A DNA stretch of 63,536 nucleotides, the filler included, from Licmophora abbreviata (Eukaryota), in assembly GCA_900291995.1 (NCBI GenBank). It is 15 parts of 15 records of this genome, joined end to end, with 100 filler letters (N's around TTAATTAATTAA, not from the genome) between each part and the next. Parts side by side here need not be neighbours in the genome. Positions count along the whole stretch, not along the records: positions 22,956 to 26,407 come from OLMU01000028.1; positions 26,508 to 29,770 come from OLMU01000029.1; positions 29,871 to 31,879 come from OLMU01000030.1; positions 31,980 to 37,698 come from OLMU01000032.1; 11 more parts are not named here. The stretch is one strand, 5' to 3'. Shown here in pieces: positions 23,684 through 34,900 of this stretch (position 1 is the stretch's first letter; the number at the start of each line of letters is the position of its first letter). The translations under genes and the position numbers were made by a program. The notes under the pieces are model-generated. The model worked only from the letters and a program-made list of their open reading frames with translations, ran no database searches and was not told the origin of the DNA.

Positions 23684-24774
23684 GAGAGGATGCAAATCAA
23701 GAAAATTTGACTGGATCCACTGACTCTATAACTTCCAAGGCTATACACAAGAGTCGTGGCCCGAACCAGCGTTCCGTGCATTCGACTCACTAGGTTCCGT
23801 CGCCGCAAGCACACGCAACGCAATGCCGGCGGTGTCATCGTCGGTTCAGCCGAAATTCATGGCGTTGAAAGTTCCCGTCTGTCCGCGGCACATAATCTCG
23901 AGCTTTTCAAATTCCGTAAAAATAGGGAAAGAGCTCAGAAGTATTGAAGACCCGGAAGTTGAAGTAGTAGCCTGTCAATTTGATTGGCCGGCCCCGCGCA
24001 CAAAGCTTTCGAAGCCGGCCACCGGCTGCATCTCGTGAGAAAGCTTGGGTTGCCACGATCCCAGAAGTGTCTCTCAAGCATCTATCAACCCTGAAGGAGT
24101 TTGGTAGGTAACAAATCCAGATGGGGGCTTTCCCTGACGAAGATCGCCTGATCATTGCCGCGAGAATAGCTATCTGTCTTCATTCATTCATGCATGGCGC
24201 GGGGTTCGGAACGGAAAGACATCCGCGAAATTCCTACGTGGAAGGAATCTATCTCTTTCGTTTGGACTACGAGATGTGTGATCACGGTAGACATTCTACG
24301 CTCCCAAGAAGCGTTTTCAGGATATCTAGAATTCTAAGATTCCTTCTTCATTTGCAGCGGCAAAGCAGCTGTCTTGTTGAAGTCAAGAGATGCCGATGAT
24401 CTTCCGCATGACAGTACTGAAATCCTCGTAGGCTGATTTTTTCCCGTAGAAACTCTGTACAACTCTACTGAGCGACATTGAACCCTTTCGCCCATCATCT
24501 TTCTCAGGGACAAAAGTCTCATCACTTGCCTGTCTTTGACCTTACTGCCAACCCAGGTGTACCTCGAATCGACGAAGTTTCAAACCACTCCATCTGCGAG
24601 AAGACATTTCTGGTCAGCTGATCGTTGGTCTGGTCCTGAAAATTTGCATACTCGGTCGGTGTCAGCGGCTGGAACGCATTCCATCATACAGCTGTTCTTC
24701 TTCGCCAGCTTCTTGAATGGCGCAGCAATTGTAAACGCTAGCAACCAAACATTATTTACTATCGGGCAGCACAG

Positions 24775-26407
24775 ATGATGACACCATCGAACTTGCCTCC
24801 AGGAATTGAGGATCCGGTGCCTTCCCAGCCAGCAGAGGTCCAGTCGACCGAAGATACAAGCCCAACTATTGGAATTGCCGTATCGGGGACGTCGGCTCCG
24901 CAGTCAAAACCAGTACCTGGGACACCGACTCAAGAACCAGGAGGAGAGGACTCGGATGTAACTCTCTCGTCAGAAAACAGTCCTCGCGTCGCGTCGAAGC
25001 TCGTGGACTCATCTGATGACGACGTCTCGGATTCGCTGCCTCACAATCAGACTACTCGTGGTGCGGGGAACGGCGCTCGACTCCAAGACAGCGGGGAAGT
25101 GGAAACTTTTCAAGCACCAGAATGTTCAAATAAAGCGGCTTCCGCTGTGCCCTCCGCAGTTGCTAGATCCCCCAGCTTGAATCCAATGGGAGCATCGGCT
25201 GCCGACCAGAAAGTTACGACTGAAGATTATCCGACAAGTTCGAGTAAGACGAGCCAGCCTCCACCTCCAGTGCTCGCGACCTACGCTGATCTTGAAGCAC
25301 GGCAACATGCGTTTACCGCGACCAGTGCAGCAGGCGCTGTAAACAATGCTTCTGTTCAAACTTCGGACGGTAGCAGCGACCTGTCTATTGCAAACTCGTC
25401 TCGCTCATCAGGCAGCGCATCTTCGCACATATTCGACGCTTCGTTGCCCTTTGGGGCCTTGCCTGTATCATCTGTCGCAGCCCAAAAACGAGGGGTGAGC
25501 AGAACTCAACTTGGGCGTTTTAGCTTGGTTGTCATTTGACTACTTGCTGACATTTCATTCCCGCTTTCTCATCGACAGAAAACGCACAGAAACCATTCGA
25601 GACACACATCCGACTGCTCATCTGGCCATGCTCCACAAGGTTCTTCCAACTCACATGGATCGACAAAGAGCAAGTCCTCGTCAGGACTTCGTCGCGGCAA
25701 GTGGACAGTAGAGGAGGAAGCCTACGTGGCGCGTGCCATTCAAGACTTCAATTCTGGTTTTCTCAACGCGCCAGCTGGGACAACGTTGCGGAGCTATCTA
25801 TCAGACAAGCTCCATTGCGATCCAATGCGCATTACTAAGAAATTCACGGGTGACTCATGCATAGGAAAACGAGTTTTCCACCCAGCGGTACGCTGTGCAA
25901 GCAATGCTGCTACGATTGACAAGGCGCAGGTACGTATCATCGTGGTGTGCACAGGAACACCATCGATACGGCTGCAAGAATGAGTTCGTTCTGGTGCAAG
26001 ACTGACTGAGTTGGTTCTTTTACCCTCTTACCGCTCTTCGCGCATCTCTCGACATAGGCTGAACTCGACGCACTGGAGCGGAGATGGCGTAGAAGACTCG
26101 AAATGCAGCAACGCGAGTCGGCAAAGAAGGCAGCAGCGTCGGCGGCAGCGGCCGCCGCTGTAGCCTCTGGTCGCTCACATCCCTCCCTCCATGCGAATCA
26201 AATGCCAATCACTGTCGGTGGCTTATCTACACAGTTCCCTCCCGGTGCTGTGGGTCCGCACGTCAAACAGCATGTCGTGGCACGAACTGCATCTTGGCTT
26301 GATCGCGCTAGCGCTGTCCTGGCCGGGAACAACGCTTCAGTACCGGCACCGCAAGTTACGACGGCTCCGGGCGGATCCATTCCGGGAAGCAACATTGAAG
26401 ACCAGAT
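24775..26407 (+). CDS. Putative transcription regulator with stramenopile-type Myb-like domain; introns 25495-25578 and 25930-26057; 3' end in gap
   Basis: Spliced LRRGKWTVEEEAYVARAIQDFNSGFLNAPAGTTLRSYLSDKLHCDPMRITKKFTG followed by AELDALERRW; low-complexity flanks. Confidence 0.8.
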
Positions 26408-26723
26408 NNNNNNNNNNNNNNNNNNNNNNNNNNNNNNNNNNNNNNNNNNNNTTAATTAATTAANNNNNNNNNNNNNNNNNNNNNNNNNNNNNNNNNNNNN
26501 NNNNNNNTGTCTAACACAACACCGCAGCACCGATGTGGCGATGTGACATGTTCTAATGTGGCACCGCCGCATCCGCAGTCTTACAATCACCATCACCGCC
26601 ATTCCGGTGCCGCAAAGAAGTACACCGCAAATAAGTACAGTGCTATCGCTCGTCTTCGGTTGCAAACAGTTGCTCTCGCTGTACTGCCAAGCTTGTTATC
26701 TGATTCTTCCAGGCTGGTGCAAC

Positions 26724-27278
26724 ATGAGGCGCCGACGCATGGAAACCATCAGCAATCGAATCGACCATAGACAGGTGCCATCATCGTTGGGTACTGCAGC
26801 CGAGTCCGAACCCACGGAGTATCTTGACGAAGACGAGCAGACCGAAATAATTGCGAACTTTGAAATAGAACTTACGGAGCAGGTCGCTGCAATGAACGGC
26901 GCCTTTTCGACAGTTTGCTATGTCTCGATGGCCATCTCATTCTTGATTCTCGCATTGGAGCGAACGTGGGTCATGCGGGTGCATGTGCTTTACGGGTGCG
27001 TCACGTTCTGGCTTGCGCGGAACCAAGTCTCTGTAAAAATGGGGAGGAAGGGAATGGGGCTTACTTCCATACTTTTACTCGTGTCGATCCCATTGCAACC
27101 ACTGCTCTACGACTACTATCAGACACGGGAGTTTGCTCATGTTGACCTTCATTGGGCTCTTGCTGGGATGACTGCCATGCTGATGCTTGGCTCTTACTTT
27201 CTACGCATAGATTCTCTCTCACACAAACGAAATATCGAAGAGCTTGCTTCGTCGACGTACAAACATCGGAGCTTGTGA
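26724..27278 (+). CDS. Small hypothetical multi-pass membrane protein
   Basis: MRRRR start, YLDEDEQTEII segment, about four hydrophobic stretches, C-terminal ELASSTYKHRSL. Confidence 0.65.
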   Translation: MRRRRMETISNRIDHRQVPSSLGTAAESEPTEYLDEDEQTEIIANFEIELTEQVAAMNGAFSTVCYVSMAISFLILALERTWVMRVHVLYGCVTFWLARNQVSVKMGRKGMGLTSILLLVSIPLQPLLYDYYQTREFAHVDLHWALAGMTAMLMLGSYFLRIDSLSHKRNIEELASSTYKHRSL

Positions 27279-27459
27279 AAAAGTGCATGGGTGTTGTCAA
27301 GCACGAGAAGAGATAGATGTGCGGAAAACGTCCTGTATACAATAGATCAGACCAAATATACAATAACGTTGCTCGTCTTTCGTTGTGCGCATTCTTGGTT
27401 AGCTATGTACGTCGTGGTGCGTTCCTCGCGATTGTCCCGCCTAGTCGAGCTGTTTTCCT

Positions 27460-28902
27460 TCAATCTTTGTGTGACTCTTTGGGCACAATCGGTCGCGCAA
27501 CTCCATTCTCCCCTATACTCAGGCACCGATTCGCTCCGATCACCTCGTCGGTGACAAAATTCGGTTCGCCCGCCAAGGACACGACATAGTCGATGCTATT
27601 CTTTTCCAAAAACATGGTATCTGCTTTAGCGGGTGCTTCACAAATGACTTGATCAACGCAGCTTGTTGCACACGCATTCAACACCATGTCTGTTTGCTTT
27701 GTTCCGGGAACTCCCAATATCAATTTGCTCCCCATGCCCTTGGCTTGCATCCAGAACTTTAGTACCTTGTGATCAAAGCCTGGTTTTGAACAGACTATAT
27801 AAATCACACGCTTCTTCACTTTGCGCCGGACTGATTCGTAGGCAAGCGGCACCGCTAGAAATAGGAGCAGCAAGCCGAGATAATGGGTATAAGGCAGAAT
27901 GAACAGGGTAGTACCGACCATTTCAAATGTCTGCTTCGCCTTGCCAATGTGATCAGCCTGTTAGCGAATGGATGAAAGAGTGAGACCGTCGTGAATACAA
28001 ACATGCACGCGGCACGCGTACACACATGTCTGGGGCTTACCTTGACAGCACTCGTCGAAAAGTCTAATCCTTGTACACTTGGAGCGGGTACCCCAGTGGC
28101 GGTATAAAAGGCTCGGAATCGAATACACCCGCTCGCAGTCTCTGCTAGGATCAAGCTCCACAACGTGACATATTGCACCGAGCGGAGTCGCCAGCTCAGA
28201 GGTACGGTGCTCAACAGGTAGATCCAGCAGGGAACGACGAACGCCTTGTCACAAACGGCATCCACAAATCCTCCATAGGTACGGTTACGGTGAGAAATGG
28301 TCCAGGAAACGACAGAGTGTGGCGATCCCGTCGTGACGACCTCTGCAAGACACAAACGAGAGCGAGGTGCCAATCGAGTGAGAAATAAAGGTACGCGATG
28401 ATTACTCACATCACAGCGCAGACATTCCCATGATTGGCGAAGGCGTACCAAAACTATCGTCGTCCGAGCTAACAGGCGATACACTGCGAGATCGATCACT
28501 GCTTGGGTCCTTAGCATCCTTTTTCGCCTTCAATTCTTCTCTATTCTTCCGTTCGTCCACCCAGTAGCGAGCCACCACGCCGTCCAAAAAGTCACCGAAA
28601 TCCACAAGCAGCACAATAATGGAAGGCAAGAGCAACTGACCCCACGCAAGTAACAGAAGACAAGGAATAATCAAGACAGTGCGGAAGTACGTAATCAGAT
28701 TGGCGGTAAACCACTCGGGAACGTGGTTGCCGTCGAGCACAGATCGCAACGTGGCGTTCAAGGCGGTATAAAACTTCTCATGCAGCGCCAAGAAGGGCTT
28801 GATAATGCTGCCCAAGTAAAGCTCCACCAATGCATCCACCAGACCCATCACAGATAGAAACAGCTCCATAGGGCTGTCTTTGGACTCATCCGAAAGCGTC
28901 AT
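27460..28902 (-). CDS. CDP-alcohol phosphatidyltransferase fused to a C-terminal cytidylyltransferase-like domain; introns 28343-28448 and 27958-28040
   Basis: VPEWFTANLITYFRT, DFGDFLDGVVAR...GGFVDAVCDK, KADHIGKAKQTFE. C-terminal KRVIYI...FDH...QAKGMGSKLILGV...CVDQVICEAP...FLEKNSIDYVV resembles the HIGH-type cytidylyltransferase fold. Confidence 0.85.
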
Positions 28903-29169
28903 GGTAAGCTGGTTTACTCTATAGTGATTGCTATTCAGGTACAGTTTGGCAAAGAAGGGGTTCACGCCGTCCACACGAGACTGTTGGAGAGCGAATTCTG
29001 TCGTCTGTCACACCTCGGTGTGGCTGAATATTCTGACATGGACCCCGCGCGTAGAATTCTACGTGAGATGTTGCTGCCTTCCTTTTCCGATCACCGACTC
29101 ACTCCGTCGTTTGATACGTCCAACCATTCCATCCCCATACATATGATACCACACACTGGAGAATTCTAG

Positions 29170-30070
29170 CAAGGCATGCACCTCAAAGAGAGACCTACTA
29201 GAGAGCATAGAGCTAGTCAGTACCGGTTGGAGGAGGTAGGTGGTGCTGGCTATGTATGACTCAAAAGTAGCTACTAGCTACGGTCGTCGACGACGAGGAG
29301 ACGAGCAGCTAGCTAGCTACTCCTCCTCCAGAAGAAAGTCAAACATCTTGTTGAAGTATGGCGTTTCCGCCATCGACAAATGGTCTATGAAACGAGTGGG
29401 TTAGGCCGTACAAGATGTTGTAAAGAATGCAAGGTACCTGGTGCGTTCACGAGATGACGATTTTTGAGACGAATTTTGATCATACTAGTAGCCCTTTGAG
29501 TTACCGTTGAAGTAGTAAGCCAATGGCATATGGTTAGGGCCGGTTAGCAAAATGTTCTCTAGAGGACGACGACGGGTGCGGAAAGCTTGCCAAGAAGCAA
29601 CAAAAGGAGTACTCCGAGTAGCTATCATAGATCTACTAGCAGCCATCTTCAGTACCAAGCCCTGTCCACCAGAAGGCATGCAGGGGTGAAAGAGTGTCTG
29701 CCCTGCCTTACCATGGCACCGATATAGAATATATTTAAATATTCATGCATAAAGACTACTTTATTTTAACNNNNNNNNNNNNNNNNNNNNNNNNNNNNNN
29801 NNNNNNNNNNNNNNTTAATTAATTAANNNNNNNNNNNNNNNNNNNNNNNNNNNNNNNNNNNNNNNNNNNNAAAAATACGTTGACTAAATATTTTATTATC
29901 CGCACCCTCGCATAACATTAGGAGTCGCGCGTCTTATACATTTAGTAGTATCGTAGTCCACCGGTACTTAAATCCGAGTGTAACAGGTACCTATACTCGT
30001 ACATATGTACTGTTTTTTGTGGGAAATTTTTCAATGCGGTCGGCACCGGTATCTCAGGTACCGGTACGGC
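29170..30070. repeat. Possible degenerate repeat/transposon remnant (TpA-, CTAG-, GTAC-, ACCGGT-rich non-coding DNA)
   Basis: No long ORF. Dense CTAG/TAGCTA/GTAC/ACCGGT words, AT-rich edges at the assembly break, and a Cys-containing remnant GRTRCCKECKV near 29404-29436. Confidence 0.3.
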
Positions 30071-30193
30071 GAGAGGTGCGCGGTGAAAGAAGAACCGGTG
30101 GACGAAGAGCGCGTTGAACGTGTGAGATGCACAACGCTGGTGAAGTGGGGCCTTGTATTGACATTGCACACTGTGGGTGCAGCCTGCAAGATA

Positions 30194-31879
30194 ATGTGCT
30201 GGCTGGAAGGTGCACTCGCGTTGACCCTGTTCCTCTCAGGATTGATCCAACCTATTGAGGGTGGTGCATTCTTCACTGACGACGAAGGCTTGCAGAGCGA
30301 AACGAGGAGTAACACATGGAGTGCAGAGTGCCCAATAGGCTCGCTGTGGGATATTGAGCCTGAGCGTGTAAAGGAGAAGCAGTCGAAGCAGAAGACAATC
30401 AAACTCTACCGCAATACGTCGCTGGGTCGTCTGCGTGCCGCTTTTGAAGACTCCGACGAGGAAGCTGAGGCTTCGCCTGTCTCGGAGTTTACTTTTCGCG
30501 GCTTCGACGGCAAGTCTGAGACAGTCACTGGCAAGATCGGAAGTGTGATCACACTTTACTCCGACGAGGCGTTGTTAATCAATGGCCGCTTCGATTCGTC
30601 ACCCAGTAGCTATGGCTCTGATGAGGGAAAGCAACTAGTCGAGGTGGGTATTCGCGCCAAGAACCGCGACAGAGCCAATAAGACTGACGAGATCCTGTAC
30701 ACATTCCCAGATAGACCGTTCGTGCCGGAGCATCATTCAGTGGTGGGCTTCCGTGGGCTCCAGGGGGTTTTGGACTGGAAGCAAGGTGGCGCCCTCTTCT
30801 TCGAATTTTCGTACGGGCCGGTGAATTGCACCCTTATACGGAACGAACTGCCAACGGGCCAGTACGCGGTAAGCTTCGACATCTCCGTCAACCGCGAGAA
30901 AGGGTTAAAGTGCCCAAGCGGTATTGTTGGCCGTACTCTTTGTGAACCCTTCACCGAGAAGCCATTGCCAGGGCGTCGCCTCGAGACGTTCTCGGCCGTC
31001 TCTGCTACGGGTGACATCTTTGATTCCGAAATGCCAGACTGTGCATATGGACGGGCAAAGACGGCAATAGTGACCAAACCACCGACACCAGATGACTCGG
31101 GAGACTTTGGGGGTGGCCATTGTCCCGACGAGGACTTTGTGATAATGAGTGGAGCCAGTGCAAACTGGTTTCCTCGTCTCCACAATTTGATTGGGTCCAT
31201 CCACGTCTGGGAGCCGCATCGGCTCATTGAAATCTACGACTTTGGTCTCAACGAGACGCAACTGTGTTTATTGAACGCAACTGCGAACGTGAAGGTTGTC
31301 AATATTCCTGCAAGTGATATTGACGCAGAAAACCATCCGCATCGTGCGGATCTCCGTTCGTACGCATGGAAGTCCATGGTGGTGCGGGATGGTTTGCGTC
31401 GACATGCCTGTGTAATGTGGTTCGACTCAGGCATGGAGCTGCGTCGTGGCATTTCGGAGATTCGCCGCGATCTTGATCGCGATGGGTACTGGTTTTCAGC
31501 AAATGGCTACTACTCCCCCGATATGTACCCAGTACCGAGGTTCACGCCGTTGGTTGCGATGCAGAACCTAGGCCACGATGTGACGTCCAATACATTCTTG
31601 CCTTTCAAGTACTTCGAGGTATGCGCGACCTTCCTGGGAATGGCGCGTACAGGGCCCGGCGCCCGCCTTGTACTTAAGCCGTGGACCGAGTGCTCACTGA
31701 ACGCGACCTGCCTCCTACCCCTCCCGCATCTTACACGTGCAAACTATCTGCAAGACCAGACGATGCTGAACGTAGTTGTGTTCAGCCCAGGTGGCCTTGC
31801 CGAATACCTTCGTGAAGCCAGTCCTATCCGCCGCGCCAACTCAGCCACGAGCTGCTCGGTCCTAGATGGTTGGGCAACT
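30194..31879 (+). CDS. N-terminal part of a large secretory-pathway glycosyltransferase-like protein with DUF1647-like domain (3' runs into gap)
   Basis: Signal-like MCWLEGALALTLFLSGLIQPIEG; GASANWF...LIGSIH...IEIYDFGL, SYAWKSMVV, VMWFDSG, WTECSLNATCL, QDQTMLN. Confidence 0.75.
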
Positions 31880-31979
31880 NNNNNNNNNNNNNNNNNNNNN
31901 NNNNNNNNNNNNNNNNNNNNNNNTTAATTAATTAANNNNNNNNNNNNNNNNNNNNNNNNNNNNNNNNNNNNNNNNNNNN

Positions 31980-34900
31980 TATGTGGGGCATTTCATTATG
32001 CGTTCTTGTGAAGAATATGCGGATCGTGCAATCCTGCGTAGGGCATGGATTGCTTCCGCAACGGGCATGGAAATTGTAGATCAAGCTATTGAAAACGCGA
32101 CATCGGAAATTGATTGGATTAACAAGCGCATCCATCCAGATGCGTGTCATATCATGGAGAAGAGTGCTACCAAGTTCGATGGGACGCTGGAACGGTGGGC
32201 GCCACAGGTTCGTGCTCGACTGGCAGCACGAGGCACCAACTCAATGCCAGGTCGCACGATGAGGCAGCACAGTGCTGTCCACGTTGATCGCCAGTTGGGT
32301 GGTATCGAACGACGACTTGGTCGAGGGATGAAGGACGGCGTTCGCTACGTGGCTGACTGGATGCTATCTCTGCAAGATAGAATGGATAGCGCGCTGGGAA
32401 TGTGGCAACATCAGAACGACGAGCAGTCAACGACTGGCACACAATCGAAGAGGGAGACCAAGTTCCAAGGCCCACGCGTCCTAATTGCTGGCAATCCGCC
32501 TCAGTACGTTCCACTCCTGCTCTCGATCAACCGGCGCGGAGAAACTCGTGTTCTAGCGACTTCCATGTTCTGGTTTGTGTTTGTCAGCCTGCCATCGCAT
32601 CTCGTTCGATCGGACCTCGTGCTTCCATTGTGGTTCCCACACCATCCAACCTCTCTTAATACATGGCCCAATCAAGTGAGCGTGCCCAGCGCCGTGTCGA
32701 ATGCACCGTGGGATGCCCTGATAATGGACTTCACAGAGCGATTTCAACATCTTGAGCATCAAGCGAACGCCTATGAACTGGTCCTTCGTGATCTGTACAG
32801 GCAACGACGCTACCGCACTCCCCTTGAGGTCTTTGTGCACGCTCAGTGCCAGGAGTTTTGTAACCAGACACTTCTCGAGCAGTGTGGTGGAAGCTTCGTT
32901 GGACAGGTCGGTGATATGCTTCATTATCGATTCGTGGAGGCCCCGCCCCCGATTGAGTCCTCGGACACGGAGATTCGCAAGCGCACTTCGTCATCAGACC
33001 CGCAGATTCCTCTTGCTGTATGTGGAGTTTTCGATCCCGCTCACTTTGACCAGCTGCCGGAATGGCTCGACTTCCACTCGGCGCAAGGCGTTGGCCACGC
33101 GTTTCTGTACGAAGATCCTAAATCAGAGCCCAACCCTGAGAAGCCTTGGCGCAACGTCGCGGCACCATTTGTAGCACAAGGAATGCTCACGTTGTACGAG
33201 GCGAGTGACGAACATCGTGGGTCGGCGCATAACATGACCGAAGAAAGCGTCCGTGCCCACCTCTATCAAACGTGCTTGAGGGAGCACAACACGACAGCAG
33301 GGTGGATAGCCTTCATGCCAGGGATTGACCACTATCTCACACCTCGCCAAGGCAGAAATATGGTGTCGACGCTGGAATCCTACCGGAGTCATGTCGCTGT
33401 GGTAGTGAGTGTGCTACCATTCGGTCCGAATGGATGGGTACACGAGCGGCCGCCTGAGTCACCTGGTAGCTTCCTGCACGACTATACGATGGCGGCAGGA
33501 AAGGCGGTCGACTCCTCCTTTGTATTCCTTATCCAGACTGCAACGGCTCCTCTGGATCTATGTCGATTCCACAGCGAAAAGGAAGTGACAATGAATTGCT
33601 TCTGGCGCTCTCCTGGTACCGTCGTCACGATGGAAAACTTCGGCGAGCAATATGGCGCGAACAAGATAGAATACGTGTCCTTCGATTTCATGCATGTTGG
33701 ACACTATGTGACGCGGTCGTGTCCACAGTTTCACGAACTGCGCCAGCGACGATCAGAGTCATTCGCGGCCTTCTCGAGGGAGAATCCGGAAGCTTCTTGG
33801 GAGCTATCGTTGAAGGAGTGCGTGCTCTTCGACACTCCGCTGTGCTCTGGAGGTGTGATTGACACGAGCTCGCTGCGGTTCGCCTCTCAAATCGAAGATG
33901 CAGATCGTTGGCGTGAGCAAATGATCGAAGGTATGCGAGTTATGGGGACGAACGAGATGGCCAACGAATCGCGAAAAGGGCCAGGAAACATAGAAACTGA
34001 CTGGCATGGGCAGTACAATCCTGCAGTGATTGCTAGCTGGGCTTTGAGCCAACGATCGGACACATCAACTCCATTCGAACGGGAGGGCTTTACTGTTGTA
34101 GCGCATGATCACTTCCCATGCATTTATGACTCAGCGGAAGACCTTCACTTTTACGACATGATGGCTGCGCTGCACGAGGCTGGGCACCGAATTCTTCCTG
34201 TATTTGGCGATCTGAACTCATGCGTTGGCGTGGATGAATCCAAGGCCTTGCTTGATCTTGGAATTGACATTGTATACGTGACAGAAGCTATCGCTAATGC
34301 GGATACCCGGAATGGTCGTTTGGGTTTGATCTTCGTGGAGCTGGTGGACATACCGAGCGCGTCGTTCGAGCTGGTCGATCTCGTGTTCGCCACGCTCACC
34401 ACGAACTCTGTGCATCCAGAGCACTTTGGCACGCCGCTGCTGGCAGAGCGCCTGCGATACGTGTTTGACCAAGTCGACTTCGTGCTGGTGCTGTTTGATG
34501 CCAGTTGGCTTGTTGCCAAAGAATTGGACGTGGATCGCCGTCTCGCTTTGCTTCACGTCGATCATTTGTGCTATGCAGGAGACATAGGTGGCGCGGAGAT
34601 GGAAATTCTGACGGCGCTCGTCGACACGCCCTTGTCGCCAATACACAACATATCTCTGGACGAGGAGAGGTCGACCCCGCGGCAGCAGAGGGAGCGGGCA
34701 TTGTCTACACCGGGTTCGATTTGCATTCGATGCGTTGGTTCATCGAGGCTTGGCACTCTTGTATGGATGACGGCCGCTCGAAAGCGAGGGGGCAACAACC
34801 GACGCGCTTGTTTCTCCTTGGAAATGAGACCCAGCACGACAGCCTGGAAAACATAGCAGACCTGTCCACTAAGGCAGGTTTACATCCAGTTTTTCAATCG

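Noticed and set aside
23756..24770. Short ORFs in the 1-kb region between PRP40 and the Myb-like gene
   Set aside because: No recognisable motifs; likely a divergent promoter and 5' UTR.
34505..34856. Overlap of the 957-aa and 710-aa ORFs as programmed ribosomal frameshifting
   Set aside because: No canonical slippery heptamer is evident, and a single missing base in a G or C run explains it, as elsewhere in the window.
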